Part shown: positions 1-9,906 of the stretch, one piece after another
Position numbering within the stretch: the stretch's first letter is position 1
How the letters are laid out: each line of letters opens with the position of its first letter
Source: Myxococcales bacterium
GTDB lineage: Bacteria; Myxococcota_A; Polyangia; Polyangiales; DASUME01
Assembly: GCA_047601445.1 (NCBI GenBank)
Contig: JASGJH010000001.1
Span: 5,824,001 to 5,888,000, forward strand
DNA length: 64,000 nt
Direction of reading: 5' to 3'
The notes under the pieces: model-generated
Seen by the model: the letters and a program-made list of their open reading frames with translations, nothing else
Database searches by the model: none
Told to the model about the DNA's origin: nothing
Made by a program: the position numbers and the translations under genes

Positions 1-941
1 TCTTCGGCGAGCCCGATGCACCGATCCGCGACGCGCTCGCGCACAAGAACATCGTCAGCGTGGAAAAGGGCCGCGGCGGGCGCAGCCTGGGCTTCAAGAT
101 CGTCCTCGAGGGCGGGCACAAGGGCTACTTCAAGGGCGAGCAAGTCTTCTCGGCGGCCAACTGGTTCGGCGAACTCGCCGCCTATCACCTGGATCGCATG
201 CTCGGGCTAAACCGCGTGCCCGCCATGGTGAGCCGACAGTTCGCCTGGTCCCAGCTGGAGCCCGCGGCCGGCGCCGATTGGCGCAAGCCCGAGATGATCA
301 TCCGCAACGGTCAGGTGCGTGGCGCCTTCGTCTCGTGGGTCACCGGCGGGGTGCGGCCGCTGGTGCAGCAAGAGGGCTGGGAACGCTGGATGCGGGTCAA
401 ATACTGGCCCACCTCCCTGGTGAGTCCGTTTCAGCGGCCCGCCGTGTGGGCGGCCGAGCTCGCCCAGGTGCGGCGCCTGGGCGAGGAGTGGCGCAGCAAG
501 GAAGAGCGCGCGCGCATGCGCGGCCTGCGGCCCGAGCCGGATCGTCCCGATCGTCCCTCCGAGCTCAGCGACCTCATCGTGTTCGACTACTTGATCCGCA
601 ACCTCGATCGCTGGGGTGGCGGCAACGCCAACGTGTTGATCCGCGGCGAGCACGGTCCGCTGATCTTCCTCGACAACGCTGCGGGCTTCGAGCCTGGTGA
701 GCCGCGCCCGAGCTTGATGGAGGCGCGCCTGCACGCCCTACAGCGCTTCCGTCGCAGCACCATCGCCGCGGTGAAGGCCTTCGATCTCAAGAAGTACGAG
801 GCGCGCCTGGCCACCGAGCCGCTGCAGCCGGTGCTCACTGCGGCACAGCTCGAGGCGCTCGAGATCCGCCGCAAGGCCTTGCTGAGCTGGGTCGCCGAGC
901 AAGAGCGCACTTACGGCGAAGCCATTTGGGCCTGGGAGTAG
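1..941 (+). CDS. Fam20C/Four-jointed-like atypical kinase (5'-truncated)
   Basis: Frame is open from the window edge (FGEPDAPIRDALAHKNIVSVEK...). Motifs ELAAYHLDRMLGLNRVP, DLIVFDYLIRNLDR and IFLDNAAGF resemble the Fam20/FJX1 kinase motifs. Confidence 0.7.
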   Translation, partial: FGEPDAPIRDALAHKNIVSVEKGRGGRSLGFKIVLEGGHKGYFKGEQVFSAANWFGELAAYHLDRMLGLNRVPAMVSRQFAWSQLEPAAGADWRKPEMIIRNGQVRGAFVSWVTGGVRPLVQQEGWERWMRVKYWPTSLVSPFQRPAVWAAELAQVRRLGEEWRSKEERARMRGLRPEPDRPDRPSELSDLIVFDYLIRNLDRWGGGNANVLIRGEHGPLIFLDNAAGFEPGEPRPSLMEARLHALQRFRRSTIAAVKAFDLKKYEARLATEPLQPVLTAAQLEALEIRRKALLSWVAEQERTYGEAIWAWE

Positions 942-981
942 CGGGAGGTCGCGTGACCTCCCCGTGCCCCGTGGAAACCGC

Positions 982-1989
982 TCACTCCGAGGCCAAGGAA
1001 TAGGCCATCGGCAGGACCACGAACTTGGCCATGACTGGTCGATGGTCCGAGAGCTGAGCGCCGTTCGGGTCCACGAAGGTCGCGCCCTCGACCAGGTAGT
1101 CCACCAGCATGAGCTCCACGCTGGAGCTGCTGCGGAACAACACCTTGTCGATGCGCTCGCAGCCGTCGTCGTTCGGGTCGCCCGAATCGCAGGCCGAGGC
1201 GAGCGCATTCGCCGCGGGCAGGACCCCGTTGTGCACGAAGTCCACCCAGCTGTCGGTCAGACCCGTCTCCGCCAGTAACTTCTCCATCTCGTCGCCGGGG
1301 TCGCGGTAGCGCTCGTTGAAATCGCCCGCCACCAGCACCGCCACGTCGGCCGAGTACTTGCGGATGGTCTGAGAAAGCTGGGCGAAGTTCTTGGCGCGGG
1401 CCTGCTCGTCGCCGCTCGCGTGACCTGCATCCATGTGTACGTCGTACACGTCGAGCACCAGACCTTGCCCAAGCTCCATGCGCGCACGCGTGAAGCCCTT
1501 GGGCGTGAGGCAGTCGCTGCCGCTATCGAAGGTGCCGTTGCAGGCGGTCCAGCTCAGGCGGTCGAAGGTGTGGAACGGAATGCGCGACAGCGTGTTGAGT
1601 CCGTCGCCCAGGGAGTGGGCCTTCTCGTTCGGACTCGACTGATAGGGATGATCCACCAGGCTCACGAGGTCCGCGTGATAGGAGAAATCCTCCTGCACCG
1701 TCACCACGTCGTATGGATTGAGCAACGGGCTGATCAGCGACGTGTTGCGCTTGGGGTTGCTGCCCGAGATGCCCTCCGGCAGGCCCGCCACGTTGTAGGT
1801 CAAGATCGAGAGATAGGCCGGGTCAGCGGCCAAGGACCACTCGAGGTCCGACTCCGAGCCCGCATCCATCGGGCGTTCGTGCGACGCACTGGTGTTCGTC
1901 GACTTCTGATCGTCGAAAAGACCGAGACCACAAGCAGGCAAGAGACTCAGCCCACAAAGCAACGTACCCGTGCTCCTGACGCGCGCCAT
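982..1989 (-). CDS. Endonuclease/exonuclease/phosphatase (sphingomyelinase-like) lipoprotein
   Basis: Motifs TYNVAGLP, VQEDF, AGDFN, RIDK and SDH; lipobox LLPAC. ATG at 1989 preferred over the track start 2037. Confidence 0.8.
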   Translation of the reverse strand: MARVRSTGTLLCGLSLLPACGLGLFDDQKSTNTSASHERPMDAGSESDLEWSLAADPAYLSILTYNVAGLPEGISGSNPKRNTSLISPLLNPYDVVTVQEDFSYHADLVSLVDHPYQSSPNEKAHSLGDGLNTLSRIPFHTFDRLSWTACNGTFDSGSDCLTPKGFTRARMELGQGLVLDVYDVHMDAGHASGDEQARAKNFAQLSQTIRKYSADVAVLVAGDFNERYRDPGDEMEKLLAETGLTDSWVDFVHNGVLPAANALASACDSGDPNDDGCERIDKVLFRSSSSVELMLVDYLVEGATFVDPNGAQLSDHRPVMAKFVVLPMAYSLASE

Positions 1990-2147
1990 GTTTCCCCACC
2001 TCGCGAGCACCGAGGAGATGTCGCCGTGCGCATGCACGGGCGAACCTGGCGCTCTTTTGTGGCTACCACGCGCTGGAATGGGCCGTCGAACGTGCGTATC
2101 TCGGGCGATCTAAGCGGTTTCGTGCGCTTCCGCGAGCGCACGTCGCG

Positions 2148-4001
2148 TCAAAGGGACATGCCCTCGACGTCTACCCTTCCGGTCATGGAGCCGGTGGCGG
2201 ACTCACGCTTGGCGCGGAAGTCGTCGAGCTGGCCTGCCAGCGCCGAGGCCGCCGCCGCCAGCACGCCATTGGCGGTTTCCGCTGCAGGCAAGAACACATG
2301 GTTCGCGCCCGCCGCGAGCAGAACGTCCACCTGCTTGGCCCGCGAGGCGCAGGCGAACACAAGCGCATCCTTCGACACGCTGCGCACCGCCCGCACGATG
2401 GCTTCGTTCGAGGTGCCCCTCAAGAGCTCGTCGGAGACCGTGGAAATAATTAACGCGGCCGTCTCCACATGGGCATGACGCAAGGTCTCCGGATTGCCCG
2501 CGTCGCCGTAGACCACCCGCGCGCCGAGTTCCCGAATGGCGGCATGGGTCTGCACGTTGGTATCCACCACCAAGACCTCGCTGAGCCACTCCGGATGCTG
2601 GCGATTGATGTCCTGGAGCAGCGCGAACGCCACCCGATGGAAGCCGAGGATGACGATGCGCGGATGGGCATCGTGGGGCGTCTTGCTGGGGCGATCCGCC
2701 GGGGCCTTGAAGCCGATACGCTCGAGCAAGGGGCCGAGCTTGAACGGCAGCACCGTGGACGCCTTGAATAGTGCGGGCGTGAGCAGCGCGGTGATGACGA
2801 AGGCGAAGATCACCACGCTCGCCAGGCGCCCGTCGACGTGGCCTTCCTTCACGCCGAGGTACACGATGACCAGACAGAACTCCGAGATCTGGCCCAGCTT
2901 GAGGGACGCATCCACGGAGGTGTTGCGGTCGAGCCCGGTGAAGTAGAGCAGCGGAAAGAACACCAACAGACGCAGCACCACGGCCACCACTGCGAGCAGC
3001 AACGCGAGCGCCAGCACGTGGGTGCCCTCGGGGACGGGGATGCTCATCCCGAGCGCCACAAAGAACAGCGTCACGAAGAAGTCGCGCAAGTTGGTGACCT
3101 TGGCGGCGACGTCATGGTGATACGGGAACGAAGCGATGGTCATGCCGGCGATCAATGCGCCCATCTCGAGCGAGACCGAGAGCGGGATGTGGATGCCGAG
3201 CAGCTTGAGCAGGTTGCCGAGGTTGCCGCCGATCAAGCCCACGAAGAAGCACCAGGCGAGCGCCACCGAGACCATCAGGTCGGGCAGCTTGGCCACGGCG
3301 CTGAACAAGAACGGCAGCGCATAGCGCGCGCCCAGGGTGGCGATGCCCACCAGCAGCACGATGCCGCCGAAGGTGAGCAGGATGGGCGCCACTTCGGGCG
3401 CTTCGAAGCTGGGCTGGAGCGCCAGCACGACGATGGCCCAGATGTCCTGGAAGATGAGCAGGCCCACAGCGATGCGACCCGACAATGAGTCGAGCCAGCG
3501 CCGCTCCTGCAGGAAGCGCACGACGAGCAGCGTGGAGGAGAAGGCGCTGGCGAGCGCGAAGTACACCACCGTGTAGCGGCCGCCGAAGCCGGCCGGGATC
3601 AGCGGCGTCAGTAGATAGAAGGTGCCGAGTGCGGCCACGATGGTGAGCGGCACCTGCAGCGCGCCGCCCAGCAGCAACGTGCGACCGCTGGCCAGGAGCG
3701 AGCGTGGGTTAACCTCGAGGCCGATCACGAACAGGAGCAGCGTGAGGCCCAGGTTCGCGATGGTCTCCACGTCCGATGCCGAGTGCACGAGACCGAAGCC
3801 CGCCGCCGGACCCACCATCACACCGGCCACCAGCAGGGCCGCGATGGTGGGGATGCGCAAACGCTCGAAGATGGCCGAGAGAAAGCCGGCTGCCAAGAGG
3901 CACATGCCGAGCTCCGACACCAGCGTGCTCGTCCCGGCACTGGCTTCGATGAGTTGTGGCAAACGTGCGGCGTTGTCCGCCACCAGATGTCGCACGTGCA
4001 T
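2148..4001 (-). CDS. CPA2 cation:proton antiporter with C-terminal TrkA-N/RCK domain (Kef-like)
   Basis: Many TM helices with LFVIGLE, LIFQD and FFVALGM; C-terminal ILGFHRV and VYGDA. Confidence 0.88.
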   Translation of the reverse strand: MHVRHLVADNAARLPQLIEASAGTSTLVSELGMCLLAAGFLSAIFERLRIPTIAALLVAGVMVGPAAGFGLVHSASDVETIANLGLTLLLFVIGLEVNPRSLLASGRTLLLGGALQVPLTIVAALGTFYLLTPLIPAGFGGRYTVVYFALASAFSSTLLVVRFLQERRWLDSLSGRIAVGLLIFQDIWAIVVLALQPSFEAPEVAPILLTFGGIVLLVGIATLGARYALPFLFSAVAKLPDLMVSVALAWCFFVGLIGGNLGNLLKLLGIHIPLSVSLEMGALIAGMTIASFPYHHDVAAKVTNLRDFFVTLFFVALGMSIPVPEGTHVLALALLLAVVAVVLRLLVFFPLLYFTGLDRNTSVDASLKLGQISEFCLVIVYLGVKEGHVDGRLASVVIFAFVITALLTPALFKASTVLPFKLGPLLERIGFKAPADRPSKTPHDAHPRIVILGFHRVAFALLQDINRQHPEWLSEVLVVDTNVQTHAAIRELGARVVYGDAGNPETLRHAHVETAALIISTVSDELLRGTSNEAIVRAVRSVSKDALVFACASRAKQVDVLLAAGANHVFLPAAETANGVLAAAASALAGQLDDFRAKRESATGSMTGRVDVEGMSL

Positions 4002-4146
4002 GGCAGGCGAGCATACGGGCGACCTCCGTTAATCGCACCCATGAACGCCGGCTTGGCCTCAAGTTCCCCATGGGGCACAAATCCCCCGCCTGCGCGCCCG
4101 TGTTTTGCTGGCGATGGTGGGTGGAGCGCGCTACCTCGCAGACGTC

Positions 4147-5208
4147 ATGAACTCGCCGTCGCGCACGCCCAAACAGAGCGGTTTCCGCCAGCCCGGAGAA
4201 TGGACCCCCCACCGTGCGTGTTGGGTCGCGTTTCCCTCGGACCCCGAGCTATGGCCGGATCTCGCGGGTGTGCAGGCTTCCTTTGCCACCATGTGCCGCG
4301 GCATCGCGCGCCCGTCGGCCAAGCCCGATGTCAGCGGCCCCCAGAGCGAGGCGCTCGAGCTCCTGGTGCGCGATGCCGCCGCCGAGGCCCGCGCGCGAGA
4401 GCTGCTCTCGGATCTCGAGGTGCGCTACCACCGCATGTCCTACGGAGACATCTGGATGCGCGACATCGCCCCCGTCTTCCTCACCGATGCGAGCGGTGAG
4501 GTGGCCAGCGTGCGCTTTCGCTTCAATGGGTGGGGCGAGAAGTACGACTACCCCGGCGATACCGAGGTCGCCGCGCGCGTGCAGGATCAGCTGCAATACG
4601 CGGCTTTCCAGAGCTCCCTGGTGCTCGAGGGCGGCGGTGTCGAGAGCGATGGCGCAGGTCTGTGCATGACCACGCGCGACGTGGCGCTCAACCCGAATCG
4701 CAACCCCGGCCGCAGCGAAGCCGAAGTGGAGGCAGAGCTCAAGGAGGCGCTGGGCGCCGAGCGCGTGATCTGGCTCGATCAGGGCCTCTTGAACGATCAC
4801 ACCGATGGCCACATCGACAACATCGCGCGCTTCATCGCGCCTGGCCGCGTGGTGTGCATGCGTGCGCAAACGGCCGATGATCCCAATGTGGACGTGCTCG
4901 CGAGCATCGAGGGCGATCTGCGCAAGCAGGGCCTGGAGGTGGTCACACTACCCTCCCCCGGGCTGGTGCTCGGCCGCGAACAACGGCCGCTGCCCGCCAG
5001 CTACCTCAACTTCTACATCGCCAATCACAGCGTCGTGGTGCCCGTGTTTGGTTCGCCCCACGACGAAGCCGCGCTCACCGCGCTCGCAGCGCTATTTCCC
5101 AACCGCACGGTGGTGCCGGTGCCCGCCAAGGTCTTCCTCGAGGAAGGCGGCACGGTACACTGTATTACGCAGCAAGAGCCGCAGCGCTCCAGCGAGAGAA
5201 CCATCTGA
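4147..5208 (+). CDS. aguA: Agmatine deiminase
   Basis: Motifs PGEW, WMRD, FNGWGEKY, LEGGG, HTDGHIDN and GGTVHCITQQ; next to aguB. ATG at 4147. Confidence 0.92.
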   Translation: MNSPSRTPKQSGFRQPGEWTPHRACWVAFPSDPELWPDLAGVQASFATMCRGIARPSAKPDVSGPQSEALELLVRDAAAEARARELLSDLEVRYHRMSYGDIWMRDIAPVFLTDASGEVASVRFRFNGWGEKYDYPGDTEVAARVQDQLQYAAFQSSLVLEGGGVESDGAGLCMTTRDVALNPNRNPGRSEAEVEAELKEALGAERVIWLDQGLLNDHTDGHIDNIARFIAPGRVVCMRAQTADDPNVDVLASIEGDLRKQGLEVVTLPSPGLVLGREQRPLPASYLNFYIANHSVVVPVFGSPHDEAALTALAALFPNRTVVPVPAKVFLEEGGTVHCITQQEPQRSSERTI

Positions 5209-5217
5209 GGTACAGTC

Positions 5218-6072
5218 ATGGCCCGTTCCACTCTGCGCGTCGCCGCTCTCCAGTGCGCCCTACCCGGACCCTACGAGCAGAATCTCGCCGCCATCGAACG
5301 CTTGGTGCGCGAAGCCAAGAAGCGTGGTGCCCAGGTGGTGCTGCCGCCCGAGTTGTTCGCGGGTGAGTACTTCTGTCGCACCGAGGAGCCGCGTTTCTTC
5401 GAGTGGGCCGAGCCCTTCGAGACGAGCCGCACGGTGGCGCGCTTTCGCGAGATCGCGCGGGAGCTCGGCGTGTCCCTGCCCATCTCCTTCTTCGAGCGCG
5501 ACGGTCAGCAGTACTACAACTCGATCGCGGTGCTCGATCCCGAGGGCAACGTGCTCGGGCGCTATCGCAAGAGCCACATCCCGGATGGCCCGGGATACGA
5601 GGAGAAGTTCTACTTCCGTCCCGGTGCCGATGGCTTCAAGGTCTGGTCCACGCCCCACGCGCGACTCGGCGTGGGCATCTGTTGGGACCAGTGGTTCCCC
5701 GAGTGTGCACGCGCCATGGCGCTGCTCGATGCCGAGGTCTTGCTCTATCCCACGGCCATCGGTAGCGAACCCGAGGAACCCGACTTCGACAGCAAGGACG
5801 CCTGGCAGCGCGCCATGATCGGCCACGCCGTGTGCAACGTGATGCCGGTGATCGCGGCCAACCGCATCGGCAACGAGAACGGCCAGACGTTCTACGGCAG
5901 CTCCTTCATCTGTGACCACCGAGGCAACAAGCTCGCCGAGCTCGGGCGCAGCGAGGAAGGCGTGATCACCGCCGACCTGGACCTCGACAAGATCCGCGAG
6001 GACCGCGCCTCCATGGGCTTCTTCCGCGATCGCCGCCCCGAGCTCTACGGCTCCCTCAGCGAACGGCGCTGA
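5218..6072 (+). CDS. aguB: N-carbamoylputrescine amidase
   Basis: Nitrilase-fold motifs PELF, YRKSHIPDGPGYEEKFYF, ICWDQWFPE and YPTAIGSEP. Confidence 0.93.
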   Translation: MARSTLRVAALQCALPGPYEQNLAAIERLVREAKKRGAQVVLPPELFAGEYFCRTEEPRFFEWAEPFETSRTVARFREIARELGVSLPISFFERDGQQYYNSIAVLDPEGNVLGRYRKSHIPDGPGYEEKFYFRPGADGFKVWSTPHARLGVGICWDQWFPECARAMALLDAEVLLYPTAIGSEPEEPDFDSKDAWQRAMIGHAVCNVMPVIAANRIGNENGQTFYGSSFICDHRGNKLAELGRSEEGVITADLDLDKIREDRASMGFFRDRRPELYGSLSERR

Positions 6073-6075
6073 GCC

Positions 6076-6693
6076 TCAGTCTCGCTTGGGTTCGGTGTAC
6101 GACAGGCCGCGGTAGAGGGAGTCGCAGGCGGCCTTGAGCGCGGCGTCGTCGATGCGCACGTAGCCGAGCCGCTCGTTCTTGATGAGGCTCACCAGAGCGC
6201 CCCAGATGATGGCGAGGATGACGTCGGGCCGCATGTCGTCGCGGATCACCTTGAGCTCCTGCAGGCGCAAGAAGCCCAGGTAGAGCGGCGAGAGCGAGGT
6301 CACGTCCAGCTGCCGGCTGGCCCCGTCCAAGTACGCCAGGTGATCCTGCAGCTCCAGGAAGCGGAAGGCCAAGGCGTCCTCGCGCGCGAAGCCAACCAGG
6401 CGCCACCACAGGGTCTCGAAGATCTCGCGCGGCGGCGCCTTGGGCGTGCCCGGGGCAAACAGGCGGTCCAAGAGACGTCGCTTGGCCTCGCGGAAGACCT
6501 CGTTGGCCAGGGCCTCTTTGCTCGGGAACAGGCGATACAACGAGCCCGCCCCCACGGCCGCCTTCGCCATCACGTCTGGAATGGTCGTTCCCGCGTAGCC
6601 CCGCTCGGCGAACAGTGATAGGGCCGCATCGAGCACGGCGCGGCGCGTGCGTTGAGCCCGCCCGATCGCCTTATCTGTGCTCGAATCCGTCAT
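6076..6693 (-). CDS. TetR/AcrR family regulator
   Basis: N-terminal HTH AALSLFAERGYAGTT...GSLYRLFPSKEAL. Confidence 0.9.
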   Translation of the reverse strand: MTDSSTDKAIGRAQRTRRAVLDAALSLFAERGYAGTTIPDVMAKAAVGAGSLYRLFPSKEALANEVFREAKRRLLDRLFAPGTPKAPPREIFETLWWRLVGFAREDALAFRFLELQDHLAYLDGASRQLDVTSLSPLYLGFLRLQELKVIRDDMRPDVILAIIWGALVSLIKNERLGYVRIDDAALKAACDSLYRGLSYTEPKRD

Positions 6694-6774
6694 GATTATC
6701 CGAAGATGATGCTTTCGAGCCGGAAGGTCAATGGGCCTCTTTGTGACCCCGATGACACAGCTATTGAACTCGAT

Positions 6775-6809
6775 TTGACAGCCCAGACATTGTTGGAATA
6801 CTCATTCCA
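6775..6809 (+). promoter_or_regulatory. Sigma70-like promoter overlapped by a probable TetR operator
   Basis: TTGACA (6775-6780), 16-bp spacer, AATACT (6797-6802); palindrome TGGAAT-ACTC-ATTCCA (6794-6809) covers the -10. Confidence 0.6.
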
Positions 6810-6826
6810 CTCAAGCAGGAGTGCCC

Positions 6827-8800
6827 ATGTCATACGTGATCACTGGCGGTACCGGGTTTATCGGCAAGCACCTGATCGACCGCCTCGTGCGCCGCGGCAA
6901 GCCCATCCACGTGATCGTCCGCGCCGGATCCCGGGCCAACCTCGAGGGCCTCATCGCCAGTCGCTGGGCCGCCCACGCCGGCCTCGTGCTGCCCCTCACC
7001 GGCGACATCACCGAGCCCCTCTGCGGCGTGAGCCCCAGCGAGCGCGCCGCGCTGATGGGCAAGGTCGAGGGCCTCTTCCACCTGGCCGCCATCTACGACA
7101 TGGACGTCGACGCCGACGCCGCCTGGCGCGCCAACGTGGAGGGCACGCGCCACGCCGTGGAGCTCGCCAACGAGCTCGGCTGCACCCTGCACCACGTGAG
7201 CTCCATCGCGGTCACCGGCGGCGTGTACCCCGGCGTATTCCGCGAGGACCAGTTCGACGAGGGCCAGAAGCTCGAGCACCCCTACTACCTCACCAAGTTC
7301 GAGTCGGAGGCGCTGGTGCGCCGCGAGTCGCGCGTGCCCTTCCGGGTCTATCGCCCGGGTGCTGTGGTGGGAGACTCCAAGACGGGCGAGGCCGACAAGG
7401 TCGACGGGCCCTACTACTCGTTCCCGCTGCTACGCCTGGCCAAGAAGAGCTTGCCGCCCTGGTTGCCGTTGATCGGCGTCGACAGCGGTGTGCTCAACAT
7501 CGTGCCCGTGGACTACGTGGCCGACGGCCTCGACGCGCTGGCCCACATTCCGGGTCTCGACGGCCGCGCGTTCCACCTGGTCGATCCGCAGGCCCCTTCG
7601 CTCTATGAGGCGATGTCCTTGTTCGCCAAGGCGGCTGGGGCACCGCGCTTTGCCTTCAAGGTGCCGGGCAAGTTCACGAGCGCGCTACTGAAGCACAATC
7701 CGCTCGCGAATCTGCCGCTCGCGGAGGCGGTGAAGCAAGGCTTCTTGGACAAGGTGGGAGTGCCCGAGTCCATCCTGGAGGCCACCGAGTGGGTGACGCG
7801 TTTCGACACCCGCGAGACCGTGGCGTTGCTTGCGCCGCTCGGGATTCAGTGCCCTCCCCTCGCGGCCTACGCCCAGGTGATCTGGGACTACTGGGAGCAG
7901 CACCTGCGCGCGGGTGCGGGCAAGCGGCGCACCCGGCAGCCTCGCGTGCGGCGCTCGCGCGACGTGACCGGCAAGCGCGTGTTGATCACGGGTGCCAGCA
8001 GCGGCATCGGGCGCGCGGTGGCGCTACGGGTGGCGGCCGAAGGTGGTGTGCCCCTGATGGTGGCGCGCTCCCTCGACAAGCTGGAGGCGCTGCGGGATCA
8101 CATCGTGTCGCGCGGCGGCCAGGCCGAGGTGTTTGCCTGCGATCTCAACGTGGCGAGCGACATCGACGCGCTCTTGGCCAGGCTCGAGAACGAAGCGCCC
8201 GTAGACGTGTTGGTGAACAACGCGGGCCGCAGCATCCGCCGCTCCCTGTCTCACTCCTACGATCGCTTGCACGACTTCGAGCGCACCATGCAGCTCAACT
8301 ACTTCGGCGCCCTACGCCTCACCATGGGTCTGCTCCCGCGCATGCGCAAGGAACGCAACGGCCACGTGATCAACATCTCGAGCGCCGGCGTGCGCGTGAA
8401 CACCCCGCGCTTTGCAGCCTATGTGGCTAGCAAGGCGGCGTTCGACGCGTTTAGCCGTGTGGCTGCAGGGGAGGTGCTCGGCGACGGCGTGTTCTTCACC
8501 ACCGTCTACATGCCCCTCGTGCGCACCGAGATGATCGCGCCCACCAAGGGCTACGCCAGTGCCCCCGCGCTCACGCCCGAGCAGGCGGCGTCCTGGGTGG
8601 TGCACGCCATGCGCGAACGTCCGAGCCAGCTAGGCGGCCCGGTGGCGCTCGCGGTGCACACCGTGAGCGAACTCGCGCCACGCTTGATGGAGCGCGCACG
8701 CAACATGGCCTACCGCTACACGCCGGGCAGCACCAAGGCCAAGCCCAAGGCCGATGCCACTCCAAAGGCTCAGTCCTTTGCCCGCAGAGAAATTAACTAA
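6827..8800 (+). CDS. Two-domain SDR, fatty acyl-CoA reductase-like
   Basis: N-terminal extended SDR (TGGTGFIG, YYLTK) fused to an Acr1-like SDR (TGASSGIG, NNAGRSIRRS, MQLNYFG, YVASK). AGGAG RBS before ATG 6827. Confidence 0.85.
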   Translation: MSYVITGGTGFIGKHLIDRLVRRGKPIHVIVRAGSRANLEGLIASRWAAHAGLVLPLTGDITEPLCGVSPSERAALMGKVEGLFHLAAIYDMDVDADAAWRANVEGTRHAVELANELGCTLHHVSSIAVTGGVYPGVFREDQFDEGQKLEHPYYLTKFESEALVRRESRVPFRVYRPGAVVGDSKTGEADKVDGPYYSFPLLRLAKKSLPPWLPLIGVDSGVLNIVPVDYVADGLDALAHIPGLDGRAFHLVDPQAPSLYEAMSLFAKAAGAPRFAFKVPGKFTSALLKHNPLANLPLAEAVKQGFLDKVGVPESILEATEWVTRFDTRETVALLAPLGIQCPPLAAYAQVIWDYWEQHLRAGAGKRRTRQPRVRRSRDVTGKRVLITGASSGIGRAVALRVAAEGGVPLMVARSLDKLEALRDHIVSRGGQAEVFACDLNVASDIDALLARLENEAPVDVLVNNAGRSIRRSLSHSYDRLHDFERTMQLNYFGALRLTMGLLPRMRKERNGHVINISSAGVRVNTPRFAAYVASKAAFDAFSRVAAGEVLGDGVFFTTVYMPLVRTEMIAPTKGYASAPALTPEQAASWVVHAMRERPSQLGGPVALAVHTVSELAPRLMERARNMAYRYTPGSTKAKPKADATPKAQSFARREIN

Positions 8801-9027
8801 GAACGGGCGCCAAACCTGTCGATAGGTTTGGCTTGGATCCGGCGGTCGTGATCTGTACGGGCCGTGCAGACCTCGTGTGGCCCTGGCCGTTGGCGCTCCC
8901 GTGATGGTGGCCGCGCTCGCGAACGGGTCCACGGCCCCGGCAATGACCGCGGCGCCTCACATCACGGGTTTTGATCGCCCGTTCTAAGCTGTCGTCGACG
9001 CCAAGGGCATGCGCCCTCGCTTGTGTC

Positions 9028-9906
9028 TTACTCCGCGGCTCGCGCGCTCAAGGTGGCGTGCCTCGCCTGCAGCTGCTTGCTGGTGAGCGTGCTGCCATCG
9101 TGGCTGAAGCCGGGTGGCGCGAACACGTAGCCTAGCTTGGCGCGCAGGGAGGGCGCCCGCTTGAGGTCGCGCCAGATGGCGCGCCACTCGTGGAAGGCGA
9201 TCACGCGCAGGTCGAAGCTCTCGAGGTTCTTGGTGATGCCGTACACGGGCGGGTCCGCGGGATCCTCGGCCGCGAAGCTGCCGAACAGGCGGTCCCACAC
9301 GATGAAGATGCCGCCGTGATTCTTGTCGAGGTAGCGCACGTTGGTGGCGTGGTGCACGCGGTGGTGGCTCGGCGTGTTGAGCACCCACTCGAGCGGACCC
9401 ATGGTGCGGACTTCCTGGGTGTGGATGAAGAACTGGTAGATCAGACTGATGGCCTGCTGCATCAAGATGAGCTCCGGCGAGAAGCCGAGCAGCGGCAAGG
9501 GCAGCCAGAAGATCCACATCAAGTAGGGCTGCGTCCACGACTGCCGTAGCGCCGTGGCCAGGTGATAGTGCTCACTCGAGTGGTGATTCACGTGGCCGGC
9601 CCAGAACAAGCGGACCTCGTGGTTGGTGCGGTGCGACCAGTAGTAACAAAAGTCCTCCGCCAACAGCAGCGCGAGGTATCCAAGCACGCCCATCGGCACG
9701 GTGAACAGCCGGTGCTCGTAGAGCTTGGTCAGGACCCACAGGAAGCCCAAGCGGAACGGCACGCCCGCCACCACGGCGCCCGTGCCCATCAGCAGGCTCG
9801 CCCAGGTGTCGCGCTTCTCGTACACGCCGCGGTCCCGCGTGACGTGCAGCTCGAGCAAGATCGAGAGCAGAAAGACCGGGACGGCCCAGGCGATCAAGGT
9901 GTCCAT
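9028..9906 (-). CDS. Sterol desaturase / fatty acid hydroxylase family, alkylglycerol monooxygenase-like
   Basis: His boxes HRTNH, HVNHH, FFIHT and TPSHHRVHH; YLDKNHGG and WDRLFG. Start ATG 9906 overlaps the TetR 3' end. Confidence 0.85.
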   Translation of the reverse strand: MDTLIAWAVPVFLLSILLELHVTRDRGVYEKRDTWASLLMGTGAVVAGVPFRLGFLWVLTKLYEHRLFTVPMGVLGYLALLLAEDFCYYWSHRTNHEVRLFWAGHVNHHSSEHYHLATALRQSWTQPYLMWIFWLPLPLLGFSPELILMQQAISLIYQFFIHTQEVRTMGPLEWVLNTPSHHRVHHATNVRYLDKNHGGIFIVWDRLFGSFAAEDPADPPVYGITKNLESFDLRVIAFHEWRAIWRDLKRAPSLRAKLGYVFAPPGFSHDGSTLTSKQLQARHATLSARAAE

